The notes under the pieces are model-generated. The model did not search any database. It saw only the letters and a list, made by a program, of their open reading frames with translations, and was not told where the DNA came from. Shown in pieces: positions 1 through 12,470 of a stretch of 64,000 nucleotides of DNA; positions within the stretch are counted from its first letter, which is position 1; every line of letters begins with the position of its first letter. Where the stretch lies: positions 806,001 through 870,000 of the forward strand of contig CATNEN010000024.1 in NCBI GenBank assembly GCA_950097015.1, read 5' to 3'. Source of the DNA: Macrostomum hystrix. Taxonomy: Eukaryota > Animalia > Platyhelminthes. The position numbers and the translations under genes are program-made.

Positions 1-1620
1 ATCGGAAGATGACGTCATTCACATTTTCTGGTTTGTACTTCACTCGGTTTGTGAAGCAATTTTAATTAATAACAATTTATATCTTAAGAGAAAAGATTCG
101 AACTCCAGACCTCCAGACAATACGAGTCCAAACCTACATGCTTACTTACCAGCATTGGATGATATAGTAGGTTTTACAAGGTCAACGAGTGTAACAAAAC
201 TTCTTTTGAAGTGTAGAAAACTAGCTGTTGCAACCTATGCCCTTCTATAGACAATTTTATTTAATATTTTCTAGAAAAAAACCGATGTTCCTACTTACAA
301 GTAGCGTGATTAGTAAGTAGTGATGAGTAACTATGTTTTATAATTTAGCTATCGTGGAAAGCTTTTAGCCAGAAATTCGATCCCTTTAATCTAGCGCCCA
401 ATGCTTTAGCGAATGGAACATAATTTTTCTTTCAAAGCCGGCCGCATTAACATGAAGACAAAAAGGAGTCACAGAATTGTGATGAGAGACGCAAAGAGAG
501 AAGAGAATTTGAGAAGCTGCAGGAAGGAGCTGCCGATTGACAAGCTGATAAGGCGAAGAAGCAGATTTCCTAGAAAAAAGAGGCGATGGAAAACGACCGA
601 TCGATGCGAAGTTTGCTTCTGGCTAAAACCACCCGGTGTTATTAAAGCCTGCAGACAGACAGACAGACAGACATACAGGCGGTAGGGCAGGTTCGTGGAG
701 ATTTAAATCGATAAAAAACATAGGTAAAAGGAGAAGACAGACTTAGTTATTAGGCAAGTCGATCCGGTGTGGCTTCTATTTCTTCATTTTCTCCATCTCA
801 AAGCACCCCGGCTACCTGCAGCCCCCAAGCGCTAATGAGCTGGGGGTGAAGCTTCTGAGTCCTATACTCAGATAGGGATCGGCACGAATTGAGTCTGGGT
901 GCAGGGATGAGGAAGGAGTGGGAAAAAAGCGGGATTTTTGCTCGCCCGGTCCAGAAGAGGTCGATAGGGAGAAAAATTGCGTCGCAAAAGAAATCGATGA
1001 AGAGAGAGAAAAAAATTGTCACCGCGTTTAGCAACTGAATGACGCCACTCCATTCGCACCTGCTCAACCCCAGAAACCCTGACATGTTTCTGCCTCATCG
1101 ACACGAAGGTAGGACAGATTATTGGTAGCAAAGGTGACAAAATAATTCCCATATGAATGGAAGTTGCGACTGCGACAAAGCCGACAATATGTTTAGTCTA
1201 TTCCCGTGCCGGCCGGGAAGGATAAAAGGTGGGATAAAAAGGGGAAAAACATTTCTTTGATATTTTTTCTTCATCTACAGGATAATTTCTTCCCAAAGTG
1301 TGAGTCGTTTTCCCAATGCTCCCACATGCAGTATTAGTCATCGGCAAGTTGCGCGAAGTGACGGCAAAGTAGCGAGACTTCAAGATCCCTATGGGGAAGA
1401 ATTGAGTAGCGGCAAAAATGCTTGAGCATAGCAGAAAGTAGCTTGTGTGAGCCGCTGCAGTTCAAAAGTGTTTCTGAAGAGCACTTCGCTAAAGATTGGT
1501 TCTGCCTCAGCCTGCATCTCAGAGGAAGGGGCTGGGTGCCCAGCTGAATGTGTGGGGAAATTTTACCGTTTGACTAAGTCACTACCAGCTTCCCATGCTC
1601 TGTTAAACTACAGTATTGAA

Positions 1621-1712
1621 CAGTGGTCGCAAAATTTATACATCTTGGCCAAAGAGAGATTCTAGAAGACGATAGCGGGCCGGAGTGAGGTTGATGAGAT
1701 GAACCACAGGAG
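1621..1712 (+). mobile_element. Degenerate hAT-MITE terminus adjoining the 16-bp array
   Basis: CAGTGGTCGCAAAA...TTGGCCAAAGAGA...AGACGATAGCGGGCCG resembles the reverse complement of the right end of the 60403-61230 element (CAGGGGTCGGCAAAC...GGGCCAAAAAGACGACAGCAGGCCG). Confidence 0.5.
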
Positions 1713-3068
1713 TGATGAGACACGGGAGAGATGAGACACGGGAGAGATGAGACACGGGAGAGATGAGACACGGGGAGATGAGACACGGGGAGATGAGACA
1801 CGGGAGAGATGAGACACAGGAGAGATGAGACACGGGAGAGATGAGACACGGGAGAGATGAGACACGGGAGAGATGAGACACGGGAGAGATGAGACACGCG
1901 AGAGATGAGACACGGGAGAGATGAGACACAGGAGAGATGAGACACGGGAGAGATGAGACACGGGAGAGATGAGACACGGGAGAGATGAGACACGGGGAGA
2001 TGAGACATGGGAGAGATGAGACACGGGAGAGATGAGACACGCGAGAGATGAGACACGGGAGAGATGAGACACGGGGAGATGAGACATGGGAGAGATGAGA
2101 CACGGGAGAGATGAGACACGGGAGAGATGAGACACGGGAGAGATGAGACACGGGGAGATAAGACACGGGAGAGATGAGACAGGGGAGAGATGAGACACGG
2201 GAGAGATGAGACACGGGAGAGATGAGACACGGGAGAGATGAGACACGGGAGAGATGAGACACGGGAGAGATGAGACACGGGAGAGATGAGACACGGGAGA
2301 GATGAGACACGGGAGAGATGAGACACGGGAGAGATGAGACACGGGAGAGATGAGACACGGGAGAGATGAGACACGGGAGAGATGAGACACGCGAGAGATG
2401 AGACACGGGAGAGATGAGACACAGGAGAGATGAGACACGGGAGAGATGAGACACGGGAGAGATGAGACACGGGAGAGATGAGACACGGGGAGATGAGACA
2501 TGGGAGAGATGAGACACGGGAGAGATGAGACAGGGGAGAGATGAGACACGGGAGAGATGAGACACGGGGAGATAAGACACGGGAGAGATGAGACACGGGA
2601 GAGATGAGACACGCGAGAGATGAGACACGCGAGAGATGAGACACGGGAGAGATGAGACACGGGGAGATGAGACATGGGAGAGATGAGACACGGGAGAGAT
2701 GAGACACGGGAGAGATGAGACACGGGAGAGATGAGACACGGGGAGATAAGACACGGGAGAGATGAGACAGGGGAGAGATGAGACACGGGAGAGATGAGAC
2801 ACGGGAGAGATGAGACACGGGAGAGATGAGACACGGGAGAGATGAGACACGGGAGAGATGAGACACGGGAGAGATGAGACACGGGAGAGATGAGACACGG
2901 GAGAGATGAGACACGGGAGAGATGAGACACGGGAGAGATGAGACACGGGAGAGATGAGACACGGGGAGATGAGACACGGGAGAGATGAGACACGGGAGAG
3001 ATGAGACACGGGAGAGATGAGACACGGGAGAGATGAGACACGGGAGAGATGAGACACGGGAGAGATGA
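1713..3068. repeat. 16-bp minisatellite (GAGATGAGACACGGGA)n, ~85 copies
   Basis: Direct tandem repetition. It explains the three overlapping 459-550 aa minus-strand ORFs. The same unit occurs in reverse orientation at ~60500-61160. Confidence 0.97.
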
Positions 3069-4346
3069 GAATCCTGCTCGTATTTATCCGATAAATGCAC
3101 ACCCAAGTTGGACTCAGCCTATTATCTTTGCTGTCAGTTCCGCTTGCATGCTTGTTATTTGGCTCATAAAAAAGCGGAAAATGTCTCAAAATTGACAAAT
3201 AACAGCATCTAGCCGACTGACTACTCGAATTCAATTGGAAAGGGGGTTCAAATGGAAATGACAGGCGCAATACACCTTTAGTTAGCATGACTAATAACTG
3301 CAGTGCTTCTGTGTGAGGAGATTAGTGAGGAACTGCCAGCTTCCCTCCCCCTGGCGCTACTTCGTTCCCGCATTAGCCCTGCAGCCCGTCGCTACACAGA
3401 CTCATCAGCGCCGAATGAGCTGACACAGTTCTCCCATTTTCTACCTCCGCCTCCCTCCACCCTCTCTCTCCCTCTACATCTCTATATTAAAGCCACCTTA
3501 CTCAAAAAATGCTGCCTCATCCAGCCCTTCACATTCTCGCCCCGCTGTCCCGCTTCAAGCGGCATGTTGGTGATGAAGGACTCGGCAGAAAAACACGAGA
3601 ACTGAGTGAATGGGGTGGTGGATCGGGTTAGGGAAAGGAATGCAAAGGCAAAGGATGAGGCGGGCGAGGAGAGGGATTATAAAATAACAATTTCTATCCC
3701 AGTTTGAAAATCTGCTTTTCGCCCTTCAGCATCAAATTCAAAATCACATTCGTGTCCTTAATTTACTTTTCAAGTCGCGAAAGCAAGTCCCAAAGCCTTT
3801 GGCTTTTAATCCTTAACCGGGAGCCACACCCAACAGCCTTGCCCTCCTGCGCTGATGCTGCTGTTAGAAGGCAAGCAAGTGATCTAAGCTAGCCCATTAT
3901 AATAATAATAGTAATAATTGGGCATGGGACAGGTGCTACACTTCGGGGATGAGGCAGTACTCAAAGCTGCAACATCTCAACTGAGCTCGGCTGCGCTTCC
4001 GTCGAGAGACGAGAGTCGAAAATCCCCCCCCGCGAACCCAACCCCCCCTCCTCCCCCAGAGGGATTGCGCGGAAGAGAGGGTGAAATTGAGGACGAACAA
4101 GCTGGCTTCCTAGATGGATTCGTGCGTGCGAGTACCTGAGCTGCCGGCCCCGGCTATATCCCCTTCATGCCCTTACCTGGCCCCTCCTTTCTATTCTCAA
4201 TTTCCCCCGGCTCAAACGTCCTCAAGGCTGAGTCCTTCTCCATTTCTCGATCTGTCCCTGATCCCTTCCCTTTATTGATTTTAAAACCGGCTACAGTTTG
4301 CATTTCTAGGTTCTGGTCACGCATTAGAATTTTTTCTGCGTTTATA

Positions 4347-4945
4347 AATACCTGTTCCCGGTGTTTACATACCTGTTTCCAGTATCAATATACCTGTTCC
4401 TAGTATCAATATACCTGTTCCTAGTATCAATATACCTGTTCCTAGTATCAATATACCTGTTCCTAGTATCAATATACCTGTTCCCAGTATCTATATACCT
4501 GTTCCTAGTATCAATATACCTGTTCACAGTATCAATATACCTGTTCCTAGTATCAATATACTTGTTCACAGTATCAATATACCTGTTCCCAGTATCTATA
4601 TACCTGTTCCTAGTATCAATATACCTGTTCACAGTATCAATATACCTGTTCCTAGTATCAATATACATGTTCCCAGTATCTATATACCTGTTCTTAGTAT
4701 CAATATACCTGTTCCCAGTATCTATATACCTGTTCCTAGTATCAATATACCTGTTCCCAGTATCTATATACCTGTTCTTAGTATCAATATACCTGTTCCC
4801 AGTATCTATATACCTGTTCTTAGTATCAATATACCTGTTCCCAGTATCTATATACCTGTTCTTAGTATCAATATACCTGTTCCCAGTATCTATATACCTG
4901 TTCTTAGTATCAATATACCTGTTCCCAGTATCTATATACCTATAC
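4347..4945. repeat. 21-bp minisatellite (TATACCTGTTCCTAGTATCAA)n, ~28 copies
   Basis: Direct tandem repeat. It gives the YLFLVSI and RNRYIDT ORFs. Confidence 0.97.
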
Positions 4946-5012
4946 CTGTATATATGCCTATAAATATGCCTATGTACTATAGCATCTTACATTCAACAGT
5001 ACTAAAACTCAC

Positions 5013-5226
5013 CGGGCAGTCTTGAGCAGTCCATGTGCTCTGGCCAGCTGAAGCCATATTGGCGCATCAGCGGTGCGCAGCCGCTCTGAGCTCGCTGGCA
5101 GACTGAGCGACACACGGGCAGGTGCTTGTCGTAGTTGTGAATGCAGATCGGGGCGTACATGCTGCACAGGAAGAAGCGCAAATCCTGGCTGCAGCCGATC
5201 TCTACTAATGGCCAAAATTGGTGCAC
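5013..5226 (-). CDS. FZD5/8: Frizzled-5/8 cysteine-rich domain, second visible exon
   Basis: VHQFWPLVEIGCSQDLRFFLCSMYAPIC...CRSVCQRAQSGCAPLMRQYGFSWPEHMDCSRLP is the Fz5/8 CRD signature. Acceptor tacAG at 5227-5228, donor GTgagt at 5012. Downstream linker/7TM exons were not found in the window. Confidence 0.92.
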
Positions 5227-5559
5227 CTGTACAGGTAGAATGATGGCATGATCTCTTAGAATGGGACTTAATTCTTGGAATGCCACCTAATCACTTTAAA
5301 ATTGCTGAATTCTCAGAAAACCATTTTGGTAATAAAAAAACTTGTGTTTTAGAAAAATCAATAAAAAAGCTCGATTCTTAGAAATTAAACTTGAATTTTA
5401 GAGTTTAACCACGATTCTTAGAAACTAAACTCGATTCTTAGAAAAAGACTGTATTCTTGGATATAAACTCGATTGTTATAAATAAACTCCATTCTTAAAA
5501 GTAAAATCGATTCTTAGAAACATACTCTGTTTTAACAAAAAAAACGATTTTCAATTCTT

Positions 5560-6200
5560 AGAAGTAAACTCGAAATAAACTCCATTTTTAGAAACCAACC
5601 CCATATCAAAGAAAAAACGCCATTCTACGAATTAAACCCCATTCAAAGAAATAAACCCCATTTCTAAGAAACAAACCCCGTTCTAAGAATTAATCCCCAT
5701 TCTAAGAAATAAACCCTATTCTAAGAAATAAACCCCATTCTAAGAAATAAACCCCATTTCTAAGAAACAAACCCCATTATAAGAATTTATCCCCATTCTA
5801 AGAAATAAACCCTATTCTAAGAAATAAACCCCATTCTAAGAAATAAACCCCATTTCTAAGAAACAAACCCCATTATAAGAATTTATCCCAATTCTAAGAA
5901 ATAAACCCTATTCTAAGAAATAAACCCCGTTCTAAGAAATAAACCCTATTCTAAGAAATAAACCCCATTCTAAGAAATAAACCCCATTTCTAAGAAACAA
6001 ACCCCATTATAAGAATTTATCCCCATTCTAAGAAATAAACCCTATTCTAAGAAATAAACCCCATTCTAAGAAATAAACCCCATTTCTAAGAAACAAACCC
6101 CATTATAAGAATTTATCCCCATTCTAAGAAATAAACCCTATTCTAAGAAATAAACCCCATTCTAAGAAATAAACTCCATTCTCAGAAATGAAATTCATTC
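5560..6200. repeat. 19/20-bp minisatellite (ATTCTAAGAAATAAACCCC)n with ~96-bp higher-order period
   Basis: The variant AAGAATTTAT recurs at 5781, 5877, 6011 and 6107. Degenerate copies extend back to ~5370. Lies inside the Fz intron. Confidence 0.93.
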
Positions 6201-8732
6201 TCGAGAAAAAAAGATTCTCAGAAAAAAAGAATTTCTTCTTAGATTAGAGTCTGAGTTAAAGTGCCGAAATTTCATTAGCATCGATCTGACACCAAAAAAA
6301 CATTTCTACTCCAGCATTGCTAGCCCCGCGTGAACTTCGCAGAATCAGCCGCATCCTTCAGTCGATTCTTGGCAATGATTGCAACAGCAAATATTGCGAC
6401 AAAAGCATTCTGTTCCAGAACGGTCAGCGTTGTGGCTTATGAAGCAGCTTTGCTGAGCTCTGATGCCCCCGGAGTCCAAGAACTTACTGCTCAACCAGGG
6501 AGGGAGGAGCTTGCGATGCGTTGAGGAGGGGAGTAAAGAGGGAATAAGAGGATGGGATGGAGTAAGGAGGATGGCCGGGCTCGCTCGATAAGCCAAACGC
6601 CTGATTAGTGAGTAGATGGGCCAAGAGTTGATTGAGTTGGACGGGGGGGCCCTCAGTGGCAGAGGCAAATGGCCAAGACTAGAGACACGAGGAGGCTGAG
6701 ACACTATCCCGGGCAAATCCCTTTGCTTTCTTTCTTGTGAGTAGGCTGCAGTTGTGTGTGTGCGTGTGTATGTGTGCGGGTTGTCGCCATATACTTCTTA
6801 GCCCTTTGCTCTGGTCCCTGATGTCTATATGGTATGTGATGTGGGAAGGTGGGGAGAGAGAGCAAGTAGGGAGGAAGAGGAACCGAGAAGAAACATCCTG
6901 GACCCTGTCTCCACGCAGAAGTTTTTTTTTGCTTGGCCACAAGCCGCCAGCAAAATGAGGAGATTCTGTCGGAGCAATGGGAGAAAATAAATATTTCTGG
7001 CCGCGGTGCGTATAGTGAAAATAAATCAGAGCTTGAGCAGCTAACTCAACATCGCAGCAATCCAGCAATGCCCCCTGAGGATTGCGTTGCCCTTCCGTTT
7101 CACAATTCACCGAAAATTTCATATGGCTGTATGAGCCACTTCTGACTCTGACTCTGAGTGTCGGGTTTGAGTTCGATTCGAATATTAGAATCGTAATAGC
7201 TAAATTGAAATAATGCAAAAAAAATGTATCTGAATTTTAATTTGGTACCGTTTTGTTAATCTGTCACTAAAAACCTTAAATGGATCAACTGAAATACCTT
7301 ATCTGATAGATAAGCATAACTTTCTTTAATAATAGGCCAACGATTTGATACAATCGCATGGTTATAGAAGATTTTAATTCCATGATAGCACAGTTTTTTC
7401 AAGTGGGTCATCATGTGGGTTCCGTCAGTCCATATGGCATGTTGACAAAGCCATTCAGTATATAAAAAGAGAATCTAAATTTGTCCCACTAATAGGTTAG
7501 GCAACTATACTCCATTGAGGAAGTATAGTTTCTTTGTTCTCGAATAGCGTTATTATAGATATTAGCGAGAGGGTGCGAAATAAAGGCTATAAGGGTGTCT
7601 TTTCAATAGTGAGAACCCCTTTGAGTACTCCAATAGCTGAGTCGTCCTCATCCACTCACGACAAGCGCACGTCCGGCTAATGGTTGACGATGATGTAACA
7701 GCACTGCTGGGCATGCGGGATGCTAGCGGGGGTCGCCTCCCAATAGCCCAGTAATGGGGACGCCATGGGGGGTCTACCACCCGACAGACACAGTGAAGAG
7801 TCTCCTCTGTAGAATCGGCATTGAATTTTTAGTTCGGCGGGGGCACTTGGAGTCGGCGGGGGGTGTGAATCGAAATCTTCGCTTCACATTCAATCACATT
7901 GAAGGATATAAAAACAGAAAAGGACGAGGGGGCCTTCGCGGTGCTTTCCCGCTGAGTCTATACTGTCTATAATGTCCCACCTGATGAGTCAGCAGGCTAC
8001 ACTTGACCATCGTTGCTGACTTCCCACGCGAAGCAGCAGCAGCAGCAGCAGCAGTGTTCGCTTCGGACGTTGGAAAATCTGATTATTTAACTAACGTCCC
8101 TCACTTCAGCTCGCAGCCTTCCCATTCTAATAAAATATTGTTCTACTAAGGCTTGATGCTATGCAATTATTTCTAACAAAGAATAATTTTATGCGGCGTC
8201 AAGTTACCTGTGTGTTCTATTTAGTACCTTTCAGCCATGCAAATAGGAGACAAAATTTAGGATAATCCGAGCGAGTTTTCAGATTATTTTCTGGCACTGC
8301 CGAGTGCGATCGGTTGTGTCAATCAAGAATCGATTGATATATCTAATATACACCGGGGCCTTTAGGGGGGCGGTCTCAGACCTACCTGATGGTGGGATAA
8401 ATATGTGCCCATTTTTTCCAACAGCTAAGCATTTAGACAGCAATATGGGATGATAGAAATGCTTGTAACAGCGCAGTTTCGAATAGTAGATAAAATACCA
8501 AAGACTGAAGCTGTTGACTTACTAACACAACCAGATAAATATCTGCTTTCTGAAAGCTCGCAAGAAGCAGCAATTCAGCAATTGTCAATTCTTCTACGAA
8601 AAGAGAGAGAGATTAGTTCGACTAAAAGAGACAAAATATGCGGATCAAAGATGGGATTTGATCGCTTCACGGAAAATTTACAAATCCGAAATCTTCGAAT
8701 GAAAAAAAAATTCGCTAATCCACAGATTTGTG

Positions 8733-9080
8733 AACCCGAAAATTCACAAACCCGAAAATTCACAAACCCGAAAATTCACAAACCCGAAAATTCACAAACC
8801 CGAAAGTTCACAAACCCGAAAATTCACAAACCCGAAAATTCACAAACCCGAAAATTCACAAACTCGAAAACTCACAAACCCGAAAACTCACAAACCCGAA
8901 AACTCACAAACCCGAAAATTCACAAACCCGAAAATTCACAAACCCGAAAACTCACAAACCCGAAAACTCACAAACCCGAAAACTCACAAACCCGAAAATT
9001 CACAAACCCGAAAATTCACAAACCCGAAAATTCACAAACCCAAAAATTCACAAACCCGAAAATTCACAAACCCGAAAATG
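8733..9080. repeat. 16-bp minisatellite (ACAAACCCGAAAATTC)n, ~22 copies
   Basis: Direct tandem repeat in the Fz intron, ~75 bp from a donor site. Confidence 0.95.
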
Positions 9081-9155
9081 AAATCGGTTGCTTGTGAACG
9101 GATTAGTTTAACTATGTGAATAGTTAAAAGACAGGTAGAATGTTGATTGTCTCAC

Positions 9156-9486
9156 CGACAGTCCGGCCTCTTCCTGAGTCTCGTGACTGTACTGGTTGGG
9201 CATGGATGTGTAGTTGTAGCCGATGCCGAGGCACATTGGAATGGTGATCACTTGACAGCGCTTGTTTGTTCCAATGTCTCCGGGTACGTTGCCAAGGGCC
9301 GGGATGTGGCTGGAGCCGATGTGGCTGTCAGGCTGGCCGCCGAGCCGGCCGCCGCCGCGGCCACCCTGGAAGCCGGAGTAGCCGCCGCCCAGAGGTGGCC
9401 GATTTACGGAGCTGCAGGTGCAAACCAGAGCCGACAGTAGGGCGAATAGAAGCGTCAGGCGGCTGGGATGCCGACCAAATTTGGAT
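9156..9486 (-). CDS. FZD5/8: Frizzled-5/8 signal peptide + start of CRD, first visible exon
   Basis: Translates RLTLLFALLSALVCTCSS (signal-like), a Gly-rich spacer, then RCQVITIPMCLGIGYNYTSMPNQYSHETQEEAGLS. Splices in phase 0 (donor GTgag at 9155) to VHQFWPLV. No in-frame ATG was found, so the 5' boundary (cttcAG) is tentative. Confidence 0.88.
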
Positions 9487-9574
9487 CTGAAGCGGGTTCA
9501 GAAAGCATCAATTCAATGGCTTGAGGTGGTTCACCAGGCGCAGGTTAAATTTTTGCGATGAAAAGGTCTAGGAA

Positions 9575-9885
9575 CTGCCAGCCTCCTCGAGATCGGAGAG
9601 GGGGCGGAAATGCCAGCTTCCAACGGATCGTAGAGGGGCGGAAAGGCCTGCCTTCAGGTGATCGGAAAGGGAGGCGGAACTGCCAGCTTCCATGGGATCA
9701 GAGATAAGGCGGAACTGCCAGCTTCCATGGGATCGTAGAGGGAGCGGAAAATGTCAGCTTCCACGGGATCGTAGAGAGGTCGGAAATGCCAGCTTCCAAC
9801 GGATCGTAGAGGGGCGGAAAGGCGAGCCCTCACGGGATCGGAAAGGGGGGCGGAAATGCCAGCTTCCACGGGATCGGTGAGGGGA
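9575..9885. repeat. Degenerate ~36-40-bp tandem repeat (GGCGGAAATGCCAGCTTCCACGGGATCGTAGAGG)
   Basis: About 8 imperfect copies visible directly. Confidence 0.85.
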
Positions 9886-12111
9886 GCTTATTTCTCAGCT
9901 TTCGTGGGATCGCGCAATGGTTGCGCAAAGCTAGTTAAAATATGCAGGTTTTGTTCTGCTTATACAAATATCCTTAGTAACATTTAATTGAATTGACGTG
10001 GTTTTTTTATTAAACCATTTGACCTGTGTTTTTTCCTCATTTGGCTTTTCTAGTCTAACCATATGCCTGTTGAATTTCCAATTCCATTTCCAATACCAAA
10101 ATAGATTTTATCCTTAGAGCGATGCTATCATTGCATTACCGGTTTTTTATGTCTTAATTTTACCAATTAGACAGACTGCACTTAGGGAGAAAAAAAACAT
10201 ACAAAATCCCGCGTCTAAATGAAAGAAATCAGTTTATTAGAATTGAGCTTTTTCCTGCCAATTTGCCTATATGTCTGGAATTTCACCGATTGGCATCTCA
10301 AAGCGATGCACACTTCAATTTTTGTAGGTTTTTTTTTACCTGCTGCATCGTTTCCGTAGCTAGCAGTGTTAAGACTTCCCTTCCGTGTGTTATCTCTCCT
10401 TTTGATTTTTCCTCTCTGCCTGATTCAGCGTAGATTTGCGAATGCTTCTGTTGCGTGGTTGAGATCTGGCTATTGCCATCCGACAGTCCTGCTAGAAACA
10501 AAGGAACTCACAAACCAGATGGCGCCCTGAAGTGCCCCGTCTAGCAACCTCAACCTCCGCGCGACAAGACAATGGAACTTGAGATAGTCTGAGTGTGTGT
10601 GTGCGGCCTTGATGGGACTTCAAAAAAATGAGACGAATGCAGTGCTCACGGAGTAGAAGACGAGAGGCAAGAAAAGAAGCTTGTAGATAGGCTTTCAAAG
10701 AAAAAAATGTTCATGCGTTTGTCGGCACTGCAAAATTCATGGATCTTAGTTGGGGATTTTTTGTTACAATTATTTCTTTCCCAAAGCCAGGTAAATTGGT
10801 GCTTTTTTTCTACTATTTATAGAGGACAAAAAATATTTGAATCTCTTTTGTTTGAACTGACTCAAGATGCCTCTGCGGTGGGAGTGTTTTTTGTTTCAAT
10901 GTGTACCCGGGGGGGGCTTGTAGCTCAGCTGTTTGTAATAATGACTGCCAACCATTACCTTCTCTTGCTCCAATTGTCGCATCTCAACTCGACCTGTCTA
11001 TTCCTGTCCAGTTCCTAATCTGTTAACCCGATACCCTCTCTCTATACCAGTGGCATCTTTTGACAGAAAAACCGCTAATTAACCGCAGACTAATTCAGCC
11101 TCTGCTGAATCATCCTAAATTCAGACTGTCTCGTCTCATTTGATCATCTATAGGACTCACGCAACTTCTCAAATAACCAGCCAAACTCCGTTAGTTCTAG
11201 TTACAACATGCGGTTCCCTTTGCTCACTGAGGCTTGTCTGCTCACAAAAGCGATACCATCCACCCCGAGGGAAGAAAGACCCCACCCACAAGATCGTTTC
11301 AGTCATCGAACTCGTTCCCCAAGGTTCTTAGGCAACCAGCTGCATCTGCTACGGCTCGGAGCAGTCTTACAACGCGAAAGCAGAGAACCTAGCGACCAAA
11401 TGTCTTCAATTTGGCGTGTCGGGCTCTGTGTGTGACATGACTTGCTGATTGCAAGTGTCTTTCAAATTCAAAGTGAGCGCATCGCAGTGTGAGGATTATC
11501 CGGTAACCAAGTGCGCATATGAAGCCCCCTAAAAATTTATGGGGATATCCTGACGATTTTGGAACATTCCTGAATCGCTCCCTGACGAGCAAATTGAAAC
11601 GACGATTCGAAATCCTCCAATAGTTGAGCCCTACACAATGATGTCGAATGCCTTTAAGCAAGAATGCCTTGGAAGGCTTAACTGTCTGGTTATCTGGTTA
11701 AGCCACGGGTGAGTCAGACTATTATTTAAAGAAAATATTCGGCAAAGACAGACAGACAGATGTAGCAGCTGATTAGCACAAACACGTCTTGTGTCACTCG
11801 TAAGGGGTCACTTCATCTGAAGCCTATAGAGATTATCCCCTCATCTCGCCTAATTCCCTCTGTGCAACTCTTTCCTAGAAACTGTCCAGCTAGTCGATTT
11901 TTTTAAAAGCGCCAAGTGCCGCGCCAGTTGGTGGCGTCACTCCTGCTGTATAGAGTGGCTGCAGGAGGATCTGGGCTGGGGAGTGCTCCCAAAAACAAGC
12001 AGATTCTTGTTCCTAGCGTCATGTGGCAGGTTTCCCTTTACACCCCGGCCAACGATTATCTAAGTATATATATATACGAATATATGCAGTAAGCGCGACA
12101 GTCAAATAGGC

Positions 12112-12470
12112 ATAATAATAATAATAATAATTGCAGGAGGGCTGCGGGCAATGGCACATCATTTGGTGACACTAGACCCGCAGCCAGCGAGGAGTTCTGC
12201 CTGCTGCAGGAGGGCAATTCTGCCCATTTTGCTGACTCCTTAGCACACACGCACACAGATACTGTACGCGGGCATACGCTCACACAGGTGTGTACATCAG
12301 GCAGTGTACACTCTCACTGTGCCTTGGAGGGAGGTTGGCCCTCAAGGGCGTAAATTGCATGACAAGCCCCCAAGCCTTCTCTCCGCGGCTGCGCCCCAAA
12401 TGAATGTGGCAGCGGAATCGAGCTCAGGGACCTTGTTGCGAGAGGCAAACGCATTAACCGCTCTGCCACC
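12112..12470 (-). mobile_element. tRNA-derived SINE family A, full-length copy
   Basis: Minus-strand head GGTGGCAGAGCGG (A box)...GCTCGATTCC (B-box-like) and a (TAT)n tail. Homologous copies at ~18840, 30290, 34746 and 58062. Confidence 0.85.

Noticed and set aside
1574-3288. Three long minus-strand ORFs (459-550 aa, SHLSRVSSLPCLISPV)
   Set aside because: Translation of a stop-free 16-bp satellite in all three frames; no coding signature.
4342-4963. ORFs YLFLVSI / RNRYIDT
   Set aside because: In-frame 21-bp tandem repeat.
8450-9119. 215-aa and 129-aa ORFs with KIHKPENSQTRKFTNP repeats
   Set aside because: 16-bp array inside the Frizzled intron, on the opposite strand.
11200-11690. Coding-like stretch with a partial open frame (WNIPESLPDEQIETTIRNPP)
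   Set aside because: Interrupted by stops and I cannot assign it to any family; possibly a TE remnant.
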